A DNA stretch of 64,000 bases from Vicugna vicugna (GCA_013265495.1 MU057989.1:62001-126000), one strand, 5' to 3'. Numbered from the stretch's first letter, positions 25,109-38,395 are shown. The notes: generated by a model not told the origin, from the sequence alone. Made by a program: numbers and translations.

Positions 25109-28100
25109 CGTAGGTAAGCCATGTTCATCGCAGGAAACATGAGAAAATACAGATAAGTGAAAAGAAAGGAAAAACTGCACGTAGGCAGTCCCACCCCCAG
25201 AGACAACCATAGTTAACATTTCGGTCTATTTCAGAAGTCATGTTTCTAAAATGCAACCTCCTGGAATGCTTGACACTATCCCAAATGTCTTCAGGATAAA
25301 ATCTGAAACTGCTTAATAGGGCCTCTCAGAACCACGCCTTTTTCAAGCCTCTTTTCCTTCCAGTCTAAGAATCCACGTGCACACTGGCTTCTGCTTGCTC
25401 CCCAGGTGGACAGGCCTTGCCTGCGCTTTCAACCTCTGGTTCACCGGCCGACCTGCAGCGCCCCCCGTGGAAGCACTCCTCCTGCTGGAATTTAGGCCGC
25501 TGGACGGTGGGGCCCGAGAAGTGACCCCTGCAGCGGGAGTGGGCGAAGCGGCTCCCACTTCCACTTCTTGATTTCTGGACCTGGGTATCCTGGAGCTGCT
25601 ATTCCACCAAGACAATGCAGACCACAAACAAACAAATACGTAAGCAATTACCAAGCACGGGAACGGCTAGGCTAAGGAGGACATAAATGGGGCACGCGTG
25701 GCGGCGGGGTAGGGGTGGAGGTCTGGAAAAGGATCTCACCTTCGCCTCCAGAGGGAGACCAGATCCCTGCAGAAGGGCAGCTCCTGGGGCCACTTGTGAA
25801 GGTTTCCAACATCACTTTTTTATCTAGAGACCTCAGTCCCAGTCCAGCCCCTCCCATAGGCCTGCAAGACGGTCCTGGCCAGGCCTGGTAGCTGTCAGGC
25901 CTGGTAGCTTCCAGGCCCTGTGTGGGCTCCATGGCCTGGCTCAGCACAGGTGGGGCTGGGTACGCACCAAGTAGAGTGCTTGCCTGAGCAGCCTCTCGGC
26001 AGCACTTGGCACCCAAAGAAACCTTAGAGCCCCTGGAAGGTGCCCCTGTTCTTGTGCCCAGGACAGGAAGAAGTCAACCCCCAGCGAGGACCCTGATAAG
26101 GGAAAGCCTTCCCTGGGCAACAAGGCTGGTCCTGAGCCTGAGCCCTCACGGGCACCGCCTCCTTCCTGTACCCGGCAGCCCTTGTGCAGGGTGCCCTGGC
26201 CCAGGTCAGCGTTGGACTGCCCACTCCTTCCTTCTCAGGCTGGATGCCCTCTGTAATTTGGGAGTTTCTGGAGCTTTTAAAGCACCAACTTTATTTGCTC
26301 GGGACTGTTTCTTTAGTCTCTTTCGAGAGGTTAGCAGTGGAGGCTTTATGAAAATGCAGATGAATTATAACTGCCAGGCCTGGCAACTTTTTATTTTAAA
26401 AAATACTGAGAAAAAAAAACACTGAAAAGTAAAAGATCAACTAACCAAAATCTCATTACTTAAAAATGATAAAATATAAATATATTTTGTAAAATATAAA
26501 GTGGTGCTTCCCCAACTGGTGCCCCCTACTGCAGCGCCCTCAGAGCCTTCAGAGGGAGCTGCTTGCTGGAGGGGCCACAGAGCACTGCATGGGCAGAAGC
26601 TCAGACAGAGACATTCGTGCATGCATAGTGTTGGCAAAACTTCATAATACAAGAAGAATGGGAAAAAATGCTCATCTATCGGATATTAAAGTAGCTGTGA
26701 AATAACCTCGCCTTAAAAGAGAAACTCTTTATTCTCCTGGTTCTCAAGGGACACATGTCAGGCAGGCTGCAGTCTCTCCTCAAAGGTAGGTAGGTAGATG
26801 CAGAGACAGTGGGATGGTGGGTGGTGGATGGCAAATGATTAAGGCGAGTGGCATTTTGTATGTGTCAGGGACCCTGGCCCCTCCTGGGCCTCCCCCTGCA
26901 GGACCTGTGCCCAGAAGGCCTCGGGCTCCCTCCTGGTAGCCCTCCCCTCCCAGTCCCAAGTGTCACCTCCTCCAGGAAGTCTGCCAGGACTGAAGCCTCC
27001 TCCTGTCTGAACTCCCAGGGTAAGTGTCTTCTGCCAAAAATGCTGGCCCTCCGGGGATTATGAGGAGTATGGCCTGGAGCTGCAGACTGAGCAGAGGGGG
27101 TAGGGGTGATCAGATTTAGGGGCTGGATTTGAAGGAGCTCAGCGTCCTCTTCAAATGGCTCAGAATTCTGGAGTCTTTGGCCCCACTCCCTGCAGCCAGT
27201 GGCACTGCCCGCTACATTCCTTCTCTGCCAGCTCCGTGGGAAGCCTGCCCAGGTGCCAGCTCTCTCCCTCTCTCCCTCACCCGCACATGGAGTCCCTAGT
27301 TGTCTCATAACTAGGTACATTTTAAATGCTTTTATTTCAGAGCAAGTGAAGGAGAAAAATAGAATGAACCACAGTGACTTCAAAAAATGTCACATGGTTT
27401 TCGTGAAACCACTGCTTTTCTAAGAAGCCATCATGAGCGCACAAGAGAGAGGAACCAGGAAATATCACTCCAAAGTCCATTTCTGGTCTGGCAGCCCATC
27501 TAGAATCTGAAAGCCAGAGAGGAGAGAACTTGGCTTTCTTCAAAAGGTGAAGGCAGGGTGACAGGTAGGGGACCAGGGCGGGGGAGTTGCTCCACCAAGA
27601 TGTGCTCCGTTATTGGGGATGGGCAGCAGGGTTAGCCTCCAAGAATAAGTGGGGTCTCTGTAGGGGTGGAGATGGAAGCTGCAGATAAGTCCTCAGCCAA
27701 GGGACGCCTAGGTAGACTGGAGATGTTTGCATGCAGGAATCAGACCTTCCCTCCAGAAGGGGCAAGAGGATAAAGGATGAGGGCCAGAGTCAGCTGGGAC
27801 ATCCACACATTCTTAGCCTCTGTATCTTGGAACTGGCTGGAGGGTAGGGGGGAGTTGGGCAGAGAGTCGGGGGGAGGGGAGGGATGGGTCCCAAGCTGCT
27901 CCTCTCTCTGCTCCCAGCAATCCCTGGGGTGGCCCTCCCCCACCCCACAGTCACCTACCAGAAGACCATCACCCCTCAGGCCAGCTCCAGGCTTGTCCCA
28001 TGGCAGGTTCTTAGGACAAGCGTGTCCTGCTGGGAGCAATGAGAGGGGTGAGGGGATGTCGGGAGCCTGAGCAGCCAGATGAAATTGCCTGGGGTACAGG

Positions 28101-30039
28101 AAAGGGAGGTCAGGGGGCTGCTGGTGGGTGTTCAGAGGAGAGGAGAGGAGCCCAGGGGCCAAGCCTGGGGCTGCAAGGTGGAGGGGACAGCTGGAGGAGG
28201 CTGAGGAGGGGGGGCAGGAGGAGAGGGCGGAGGGGAGGGGGCCAGGCTGGTGGCTGCAGGAGCCGCCTCAGAAGGTAGTCTCCTGAGGTGGGTCAGGATT
28301 CAGGTAGCCATGAAGGCTGACCCCAGGGGGAGTGGTCACCAACCACAGGCCTGAAGGGGCTCTGCGAGGAGTCCAGCCAGAGCTATAGCTGAAAGGGGTG
28401 ACAGAAGCAGAGAGCCACTGGCCCAGTGGGGCAAGGCAGGACAGGCTGGTCTCCCTCCTTTCAGCTCCAGCCTTCTGCTGCTGCCTCCCTGGTCAGAACC
28501 ACCAGAGACCCAGGGCCCCTGGCAGAACCAGGGTGTGGGGTGGGTGGAGAGAGTAGCTGCTATGATGGCCCCTGTTGTGTGGTACCTGTGTGGCAGGGGA
28601 CTGTGCCTCCAGCAGGCCTGAGGAGCCCAGGAGGCAATGGGCCCCCAGCCCAGAGTCCTGAGACCTCAATAGAGCCCTGAGGCCTCCACAGAGCCCCATG
28701 GAGAAGGTGCCCAGGGCAGCCCTGTAGACTCCAGGCCAAGTGCACTTGGGTCTCTTGTCCAGGTGACCCTCTTCAGGCAGAGTCCCTTTGAGGTTGGGAC
28801 CCAGCCTCGGCCTTTGGGGAGGGGATCCCAAGAGTCTTGGGGGAATCAGAGTGTGCGGGAAAGAAGATGACCTGGGGTGTTCTCCCCGCAGGGGTGAGCT
28901 CCGATACCTTGAGAAGATGGTCGCAAGAGAGGTACCCGTGAGACCCATCACCCTGGTAAGAGATAAAAGTCCCCACTCCTCACGGTCAGCCAGACCTGAC
29001 CAGGCCCAGCCACCAGCTACCATGACAGGAGCAGGACCCTGGTTGCTTCCAGGACAAACAAAGGCCCCAGGGACCTGTGTTGGTTGGGGAGGGAGGAAGG
29101 TGGGGCACTGGTACCCCCAGACTGAGACCCCAGGACACCTAGGAGCTTCAGCAGACCTAAGGGAGAGGGAGTCCTCAGCCTGCATCCCCTGCTGGGGGTC
29201 CAGGCCTGGCTGGAGCCTTGCCTGAGGAGTCAGAGGGACCTCATTCCCCCAGACCCTGCAGCCCACACCTGGCTCATCCAGAAGTACTCCCACCAGCCAG
29301 TCATGCGTGAGATGCTGCCACATGTCCACTTCTGTCCTCCCACCAGCCCAGGGGGTGGACGGTGTCATCTTCATGGTCTGTGGGAGGCAGGGCTCAGAGG
29401 GGCCAAGTCACTGCCCTAAGGCCACCAGATTGTCACCACAGAGGGCGGAGCAAGGCTGACATCTGACTTGGAGCGCATTCATTCTGCTGAGCTTTGTGGA
29501 ACGGAAGCATCTCTAGCGTCCCTGTCTTTTCTCTGGTTCCTGCCCCCCACCTGTCAACCTGCGACCCTGAGCCCTAAAATCCCCTAACTGTCTCTATCCT
29601 GGAGGGTCACCCTGGGGTCACTCAGGTCACTCCACCCCATTTTTCTCCCATGTAGACAGCGGCTCATGTGTCTCTGAGTTTACTGGCCACAGGATCTGCA
29701 GTGTGGCCCACTGCATTAGTGGTGCTTGCCGGGATCGCCTTCTACTTCTGGACAAAGGTCAGAGCAAGCCTGGGGTTGCATCGAGGGAGGTCCTGGGTTG
29801 GCTGGGGGTGGGGTAGCAGGACCTCCAGCATCACCTTCCCCTGGTGACCGCTTTTCCAGCCTTCACTGTCTCCATCATTTTCAGTTCCTAAGACCGTCCA
29901 CACAAAAGAGAAATTTTATGAAGTAAGTATGAAGTAAGAGCACAGTCTTTCCATCCCATTGGCCCCAATTACAATCCTCATTTCTAGTAGATTGGACCTT
30001 CTTCCTCTGGATGTTTTGGTGCAAAGACAATCCAGAGTA

Positions 30040-30490
30040 GATGCGTTTGTCCCCTAGGGCTGCCGTAATAAATTACCATGAACTATGTGTCTTAAAACAA
30101 CAGAATTTTATTCTTTCTCAGTTCTGGGGTTCAGAAGTCCAAAATCTATAATTGTCACTGCCTCTCAAGGTTCTAGGGGAGGATCCTTCCTGCCTCTTCC
30201 AGCTTCTGGTGTCTCCACTGTTCCTTGGCTTGTGGATACATCGCTCCAATCTCTGCCTCCAACATCACATGCCTTCTTACCTGCGTCTCTGTATCTGCAT
30301 CCCCATCTCCCTTTCTTTTCTCTTTTAAAGACACTGGTCATTGGATTTAGAGCCCACCTGAAATCTATGATGATTTTGTCTTTTGAGATCCTTAACTAAT
30401 TACATCTGCAAAGATCCTAGTTCCAAATAAATGCACGTTCACAGCTATTGGGGATTAAGACTTGAATGTATCTTTGGGGGGACAAAATCA
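30040..30490 (-). mobile_element. MLT1 solo LTR
   Basis: cctagggctgccgtaataaattacca..cttaaaacaacag..acatctgcaaaga. Confidence 0.8.
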
Positions 30491-30870
30491 TACATTTTTT
30501 TACACACAAGGGAGATCATACTACAAATGTGTTAATTTCCATGATGAAGTGGGAAACACACATTTCTCTAATATACGTTACCATCTTACTTAACTCAAGT
30601 AATTAATCATAGAAATGAACATTGATACAATCACATTATCTAAACCCTTAAACTCCCAAACTTGGTCAAATTTCACTGGATTTTCCACTAATGTCTTTCT
30701 CTGGTCCAGGATATAATCCAGGATCCCAAATGCATTTATGTCAGGCATCCTTAGCCCCCTCCAATCAGTGATAGCCAGCTAGAATATTTGTAAGACATTA
30801 GTAATTTGAAATGTATGTGTGATCCAAATTTTCATCAGTCCTATTTTATTTTAAAAATATGAACAGGGTT

Positions 30871-31000
30871 GGGGAGGGTATAGCTCAGTGTTAGTGTGTG
30901 TGCTTAGCATGTAGGAGGTCCTGGGTTCAATCCCCAGTATCTCCATCAATCAATCAATCAATCAACCTAATTACTTCCCCCGAAACAAAAACAAGCAAAC
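30871..31000 (+). mobile_element. tRNA-derived SINE (camelid Vic-1-like)
   Basis: ggggagggtatagctcagtg..gaggtcctgggttcaatccccagt with A-rich tail and near-matching atgaac(c)agggt flanks. Confidence 0.8.
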
Positions 31001-31519
31001 AAAAATGAACCAGGGTATTGAATGTGTGTTCTCATCTGCCAGCTTCCACATAACAATAGCTTGGTTTAAATTTCAAGCTACTAAAAAGAATTGAAACAGA
31101 AACTGAATACTTTAGAAATGAGAACCATCTCGTGTGGATATGTGCACCTGGTTTAAGGCACATTTGTAATCTGATTCCGATGGCATACCTGCCAGAGTAC
31201 ACATCCCTTCTTCACCCATGTAAAGGCCACGACTTTTCAACAATTACACCATCTGATTGAAAAATGTACATTTGGTGGAGCCAGGATCCACTAACCGCAA
31301 CAAGATCAGTATCAGCGATATTCACAAGTATTGCTGAAACAATTAATGATTTTAATGTGAAAGAGGCTAGAAAAATATGCAGAAAGTACATGTCTAGAAT
31401 CAAGGAACAAAAATATTTTAGTTTCACTTTTTGGTATTTAAAATGAAATTATATAAAATAAAGGAAACTAGATATTCAAACCATTTTTGAGGGAGGAATT
31501 TTAATATATCTGCCACTTG

Positions 31520-32000
31520 TTGACCCTTCTTTTTTCATTGAGATTTAATTCAGACGCCATAAAATCCATCATTTTAAAGCGTACAACTTTGTAGCTTTTC
31601 GTATATTTGCAACATTCTGCAACCATCACCATTATCCAATCATAGAACATTTCCCTTTTCCCAAAACAAACCCAGGACCCATTAGCAGTCACTCCCCATT
31701 TCTCCCCCCCGAATCTCCGGCCCCCAGCAATCACTAATCTACTGTCTGTCTCTTTGGATTTACCTATTCTGGGCATTTCACGTAAGTAAAATCATGCAAT
31801 ATTTGTCCTTTTGTGTCTGGCTTCTTTTACCCAGCAGAATCTCCCAGGTTCATCCCCGTTGTAACGGGTATCTGTACTTTGTCCCCTATTTTGGCTGAAT
31901 AATATTGCATTGTCGGGATAGAACACATTTGTTCATCTATTCAACATCCGATGGACATCTGAGTCAGTTCATATTTGCTTCACTGTTGTAAATAATTCAA
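31520..32000 (-). mobile_element. L1MB-like 3' fragment
   Basis: cactaatctactgtctgtctctttggatttacctattctgggcatttca. Confidence 0.75.
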
Positions 32001-32509
32001 AAACCCTTGAGGCAAAATCCGTGTCTCATCAGGATAGGCCAAGGAGTGAAACTGCGATGAGACAACTGTGCCACAAGGAAAAACAGGACGTATTCTGATT
32101 ATTCAGTAACTGGGGATCGGGTGGAGGCGACGGGTAAGGCCAGACAAACCGAACCCTCCTTCAGCCTTCTGCACACGACCTCTGTTTTTTTCACGGTCTT
32201 CATCCACGTTTCCCATCCACGGACACTTGGTGACTGATGTTCCCGGGGGCCGGGAGGGGGCGCGCGCGGACTCCCCAGTTCCCAGGCGGCGAGGGCGCCA
32301 GGAGTGCCGTCTGCCCCAGCAGACGCCGGACGCCCACCTGGGTCCTTCAACGTGCCTTCTGCAGGGGTGCGAGGCGGCGGCGATTGGGCCGGGAGGGTTC
32401 CTCAGTGATGACCCAGCAGATGACCGGCACCTGAAGGATGCGGGTAAGATCCGTACTCCACCCCGAATTCCAAAATAAATCTTAATATTAAGTGCAGGCT
32501 CCTGTTCGG

Positions 32510-32650
32510 TCTCCCTCCCTCCCTCCTTCTTTCCTTCCTTCTTTCTTTTTCTCTTCCTTCCTTCTCTTCCTTCCTTCCCTTTCTTCCTTCCCTCTCTCCC
32601 CCCCTCTCTCTCTTTCTCTTTCCTTCTTTCTTTCTTTCCTTCTTTCTCCA
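32510..32650. repeat. (CTTC/CTTT)n pyrimidine-rich microsatellite
   Basis: Visible directly in the sequence. Confidence 0.9.
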
Positions 32651-33061
32651 AAACACTCACTTTTTACAAAATCAATTTTCTTGACGTACAGTTGGCATAA
32701 AGTAAAATTTGCCCTTTGGAAATGTATATTGGCCATATATATAAACATAACCGTCACCCTAGTCAAGGCATGGAACATTTCCACTATCCAAAATATTCCC
32801 TCAGGTAGCGCTTACATTTACACAAACTATATAACTTGATCACATACTATATCTATTTTATTATGTCTCCTCCGTTGCCCCTACAATGTGGGCTCCCAGA
32901 GGAAAGGATTTTTATTTTGTTCACTGAGGTTCTCAAGTTCACAGTGCCAGATAAATAGTAGCTATTGGACACATATTTATTGAATAAATAAATTCCAAAA
33001 CATGAGAGAATCAAGTGGAAAGGGAGTGATTATCAAGCCACTAGAAGAAAGTAAAAGCAAA

Positions 33062-33478
33062 TGCTATGAGTTGAATTGTGTACCCCGCAAAAGAGAAGTT
33101 GAAGTCCTAACCCCCAGTGCCTGTGAATGTGACCTTATTTAGAAACAGGGTCTTTGCAGATGATCGAGCTAAGACAAAATCATTAGGGTGGACCCTAATC
33201 CAAATAACAGGTGTCCCTATGAAAAGGGGCAATTCGGACACAGAAACGCACACAGGGAGAACACCATGTGAAGATAAGAGCAGAGATCGGGGCGATGCAT
33301 TCACAAGCCAAGGAGAGAGGCCTGGAATCGATTCTCCCACCCAAACCTCAGAGGGAACCAGCCCTGTCCGCACCTTGATCTCAAACTCTGGCTTCCAGAA
33401 CTATGAGATAATAAGCTTCTGTTGTTTAAACCACTCAGTTTGTGACATTTTGTTTAGTGTCTCTGACAAACTAATATA
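33062..33478 (+). mobile_element. MLT1 solo LTR
   Basis: tgctatgagttgaattgtgtacccc..gaatgtgaccttattt..aaactaatata. Confidence 0.8.
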
Positions 33479-34520
33479 GAAACTATCCAATATTTATTCA
33501 AGTCAGTAAGGGAAGAACTTGCTTAGGATAATTTATAGAAAGAAAGAAATGCAAATTGGAAAAGACCATTAAATTTAGCTATGTAAACACATACACATAT
33601 TTCCCCAGTTCCCTCCCGCCCTCAATGCAAATGATAATATTTCCATCACATGTGGAATGCTAGGGTTAATCTCAGTTCAATAAAAACTTTCTTAAGTCAG
33701 TGAGAAAAAGATGAACAACTCAATAGAAAATGAATAGTGCAGCAGTTCTCAAAGTGTGTTCCAGTGACCCCTAGGGGTTCCCAGAGCCCTTTCAGGAGGT
33801 GCTTGATTATTTTCATAGTCATGCTAAATCAATGTTTGCCTTTTTCTCTGTGATGGCTTTGTACTGGTGATGCAAAAGCGATGGTGGTTCTTAGTGCGAA
33901 TCAGGGCAGTGACACCAAACTGATAGGATTTGTTGCCAATGATAAAATTCTAGCCTTCTGGGAAAAAATAAAATTTTGCAAAACTTGTATCTGCCACCTT
34001 TAGCTTCACAGCTTCCCAGTATTGCCAGATTTCTGTGTTAAGATTGGTGGCAGCATTAATAAATTTTACATATTTTTCCATATTGTTTAATAAATGTATC
34101 AACATTTGCAATATCTGTATATGTCAATGAACCAATATTTTCTTACTTTTTTTCAGTGCACCAATATTTTCAAAAAGACCAACACATGTTACAAAATCAC
34201 ATGTGAGTAAAAAGATCCTTTCAAAGTGCAAGATAGATCAGTGGATTTTAATGTAATGGAATACAAAAACGGTACTGATACCATTTCAGATCCCATGTTG
34301 CAGCTAACCTTCAAAAAAGTACCACGTGTTGAGTGTTGGTGTAGTATCAAAGAAGAATATTCAGTTATCTGAAGAGCTATGAAAATACTCCTTCCTTTTC
34401 CAATTATTTATCTGTGTGAGCTAAATTTTCTTCATGTACTTCAGCATATCCCAGCAGAGTGAAAGTAGACACAGATATGAGAATCCAGCTCTCTTTTCTC
34501 AAATGTGATATTAAATAGAC

Positions 34521-34617
34521 TTTTTACTCTCTGTCTTTCTTTTAATAGAGGTACTAGGGATTGAACCCAGGATTCATGCATGCTAAGCATGGGCTCTACC
34601 ATTGAGCTATACCCAGT
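34521..34617 (-). mobile_element. Vic-1-like SINE
   Basis: gaggtactagggattgaacccagg..tgagctataccc. Confidence 0.8.
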
Positions 34618-34828
34618 CAGATTAAATAATTTTTTAAAAAATAGAACACTGCTACTCTTCTCATTCACTTTTTAATTTGAAGATATAGTTATGCAGTGAA
34701 TTTATTATTGCTATTTTGAATGCTTAGATTTCTAATATTGTAAATATTGGTAGATGTAACCCATGTAACAAAAGCCCTTTAAGCTGTTCAATAATTTAAA
34801 GAGTGTAATCACTCTTCAAAGGGGTTCT

Positions 34829-34970
34829 GGAGGGTGGGTATAGCTCAGTGGTAGAGTGCATGTTGAGCATGTATGAGGTTTTGGGTTCAATCCCCAGTAC
34901 CTCCATTAAAAAAAAAAAATCAAAGACCCTCCAAAATAAATAAAATAAAATGGTTAAATTTTTTAAAAAA
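34829..34970 (+). mobile_element. Vic-1-like SINE
   Basis: gggtatagctcagtggtagagtgcatg..gggttcaatccccagtacctccattaaaa. Confidence 0.85.
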
Positions 34971-35084
34971 GTAATAAAGGGGTTCAGAGACCAAAATGTT
35001 TGAGAATAGCTGGACTAAGGAATATGAATGTTAGAACCCAAGACCCACATGACAATACTCTGTGAATTCTCACAATTACTCCAT

Positions 35085-35220
35085 TGGATAGGTGACACTA
35101 TTATTCCCACTTACCAGATGAAAAAACTGAGGCACAAACAGGGAAAGGAATTGCTTGTCATACAGTTAGCCAATGCCAGAGCTGGGATTTGAATCCAGAC
35201 ATCACACTCCAAGCTTGTGC
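35085..35220 (+). mobile_element. MIR SINE
   Basis: cagatgaaaaaactgaggcaca..agagctgggatttgaatccag. Confidence 0.7.
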
Positions 35221-36559
35221 ACATCCTTGGGGAAAATTTTAGCAACATGTTTAAAAAGCCCTTAAAAATATTTGTCTTACTAGACCCTTTTTTGGAATTT
35301 CAGAAAAGGAGATAATCAGAAATGTCAGAAGTTTGGATACAAAGATATTTATAACGTAATAAAATTAGAAACAACCAGTAGTTAGTGGATTATTAATAGA
35401 TTATGGCAAATAAAGTCATGAAGACCTTTGAATGACCCTGGAGAATATCCAGGAAATAACTCGGCCGTGAGAAAAGGGCTGGAGGACTGTGCAAGCCGTC
35501 GCTGCTGAATCGAGGGTGTGAAGCAGGGATCTGCAAAGCCAGGGCAGGGAGAGAGCAGGGAGCCTTTCTGGAGGCGGGTTCGGGTTCTGCTGATAGTTGG
35601 ACTTGAGGAGAAGGAGGGTACAAGGGAACGTGGGAGAACTGGAGGACGCAGAGGATGTAGAAATTGCGGAGAATGTGGGAAATGCCTGAAGCCCAGGGCA
35701 GGTGGGCCTCAGAAGACCTGGACCTGCATCTGCCCGGAGCCCCGGAAGTGGGGAGGGGGTTACTTCCAGCAGCAGCTTTAGAGCGAGAGAAGGGAGGCGA
35801 AGGGGAGGTGTTTTGGCGGAGTAGGGTTTTCTAGAGAGGAGCAGCGTCTTCACTCTGCAAACGTGAGGAAGCGCAGCCAGAAGACTGGGGGCTCCGGCTT
35901 GGAGAAAAGGAGAGGACAGAGGGAGGAGCCTGCGGGGCTGGGGAGGGTCGCGGTGAGAGGAGGGTTCCCGGCGCGGTGCAGGCAGGAGAGGAAGGGGTGT
36001 CGCCGCGCCTGAGGCTGGTGAGAGGCAAGGTGTGCACCAGTTCCGGTGATGTTGGGCAGCTCCGGCCGCCACCCGTCAAACGTCCAGGAAAGCAACCCGC
36101 AGGGCCCGCAGCTCCCTGAGCCGGAGCAATCAGGGCGCCCTCGTCACAGCACGGTCGGAGAACGGCAAGTGTCCAGCGGCTGTGTGCCGAGAATGGGGGC
36201 TGAATCGGTAGGCAACGGCTGGACCAATAGATGAGGGCAGGATCTGTGGGCGTGGAAGGGACTAATAGCGAGGGAGGGACCACTGGCGAGGGCTGGCCCG
36301 AGTATCGGGGAGTGACCAATAGCGAGGATGTTGCGACCTCAAGGATGCTAGGCGGAGCAGAGTCTGTGGCTTTGATGAACATAAAGGAAGTTCTTCCCTC
36401 AGCTCGCTCTGAACGACGGAGACGAACAAAGCCTTTAAACAAATGCTCCGGCTTCCTCCGCTGGGAGCCAAGGTCAAACCCTGGGGAAGTTCCGGTGGTC
36501 TCAATTAAACTCTCTTGTGCTGGGAGAACGGCGTCCAAAACTCGAGGCGGGTCTGGCTG

Positions 36560-36960
36560 ACACTTAGCCCACCAGGCGCCACCGCCCCAAACCGGCATGG
36601 TCCCGCCCACTCGCGAGACCTGAGCCCGCCCCCGCGCGCCGATTGGTCAGACCGCCAGTTCTGCTCAGTGTGGGGAAGACCCGGAGAAACGGAATTCGCC
36701 CAAGGAATGGGCTCCTCAAGCCCTGCTGCGCATGCTCGCGCCGTGACCCCAGCTTGAGGTGACTGCCCAAACCCAGGCGGGGGCCCCAGGCACGGAGGCT
36801 GAGGGACCTGCCGCGGCTCGGTCTCCGGAGAGGGAGGGCCCTGCTGCCGTCGCCACCCAGCCGGTGCCCGGTGAGGACGGGCCCTAGCGGATCGGGGAGG
36901 GTCTCGGGTCCCAGCCGGCCTCCCCCGGGGGTCCCCAAGGGCTGCTGATGCTAGAGGGGA
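36560..36960 (+). promoter_or_regulatory. FLYWCH2: FLYWCH2 CpG-island promoter and non-coding exon 1 (donor at 36871)
   Basis: GC boxes, inverted CCAAT at 36641, NRF1-type TGCGCATGC at 36727, donor CCG|GTGAGG. Paralogous to 52200-52700. Confidence 0.7.
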
Positions 36961-37904
36961 GGCGCCCCCCGGCTCTGCAACCCAGCGCTCAAGTCGCCTC
37001 CCTATCCTTCACCAGCGATTCAGCTCCTTTCTCCTCTCTCCTCGTTACCCCCAACCAACCCGACTCTGGGACTGAGCCCTCATACCCTAAATTTAGGGAT
37101 CCCCACATTGGTTTGCCTTTCCTTGACCGTGGCCGCCTCCCTCAGCACTGCCTCGCCCTTGCACACATCCCCAGTCCTGTCCCATTCTTGTGTCTCTAGA
37201 GATCCTCCCAGGAGTGGCAATTGGAGGTCTGAGATGTTGGGGCTGGGGACCCACTCTGGAGGCTTGGTCGGGTGGTGGCGGTAATGGTCGGAGAGAAGAG
37301 GAGCGGGAAGTGGGGGAGGGCATTTGGGTGCAGCATAGACAGGTCTAATGACAAGTTACAATGAACTTGTAAGGAAAAGTAAAAGTAATTAGGATGCCAA
37401 GCTATGGTGATTAGGGGAAAAGAGGTGCCATCACATGAAATTCCCACTTAGGGGGAAGCTCTTCCCTGCCCAGTACAAAGTAGCAATTCTTGACCCATTT
37501 TGGGTCACTGCTGCTTGGAAAATCTCCCTGTAAGGATGTGTACCTGCATACCTAAGTGAGTAGATCTTCCCACCAGCAATCCAATCACAGCTCTCCAAGA
37601 ACTACATGGGACCGTGATTATAGAAGGGGCAGCTGTCAGTATCACTGGTAACTTTTGAAAATAAGGACTTCACCTTTGCCTGTCTGTTATTAAGAACCTC
37701 TGCCAAACTAGCCACTACTGCCATTATACAGGTGAAACCAGCCCAGAGAGGGTGAGGGGTTTGTCCTTATAGATGAGGATGAAGATGTTGCTGGACATTG
37801 ATGGTATTTCTCTCCCATGTATATGAAGGAGATTCTCTTGATCCATCCTAAGCTGCCAGGCAATGATCCTGGCTTTCAGAATCTCCCCATCAAGGACTGG
37901 ACCT

Positions 37905-38395
37905 CGTACTACTTACCTATTGCTGCCGTAACAAATTACCACAAATTTAGTGGCTTTAAACAACACAGCTTTGTAATAATCTTACAGTTCTGGAGCTCAG
38001 AAGTGTGACATGGGCCTCACTATGTTAAAATCAAGGTGTGTACAGGGCTTTCTGGGGACTCTAGGAGAGACGGTCTGTTTCTATGTGTTTTCTGGAGGCG
38101 TCCAGCATTCCTTGCCTCATAGCCTCCTCCTACATGTTCAGTGTCAGCAGTTTCGAATCTCTCATCTCTCTGACCCTGCTTCCATCATCACACTACCTTT
38201 TCTCTTCTGCTGCCTGCCTTTTCTGCTTTTTAGGACCCTTGTGATTGTGATTGGGCCCCCTGGATATTCCAAGCTACTCTAATTAGTAATCTTCATGCCT
38301 TCTGCAACCTTAATTCCCCCTTTGCCATGTAAGGTAACATACAGATTCCAGGGATCAGGACCTGGACATCATTGGGGGGCATTATTCTGCCTCTC
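37905..38395 (-). mobile_element. MLT1 solo LTR
   Basis: attgctgccgtaacaaattaccacaaatttagtggctttaaacaacac. Confidence 0.8.

Larger units (their letters stand above)
33740..35012 (+). mobile_element. Charlie1/MER33-like hAT DNA transposon containing two nested SINEs
   Basis: Terminal inverted repeats CAGCAGTTCTCAAA and TTTGAGAATAGCTG. Internal cagatatgagaatccagct. Confidence 0.75.

Noticed and set aside
28493..29374. 293-aa minus-strand ORF
   Set aside because: No recognisable domain, GC-rich composition, and it starts within the MIR-like duplicated block. Likely a chance ORF.
32103..32660. Lys/Glu/Arg-rich 185-aa ORF
   Set aside because: Translation of the (CTTC/CTTT)n microsatellite.
34829..34905. 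tRNA-like A and B boxes
   Set aside because: Multi-copy, diverged and A-tailed, so these are SINE heads rather than tRNA genes.
35416..36610. 218-aa and 259-aa minus-strand ORFs, with a similar ORF at 47243-47845
   Set aside because: The similarity reflects DNA-level duplication of block Y, and reading frames are not preserved between the copies.
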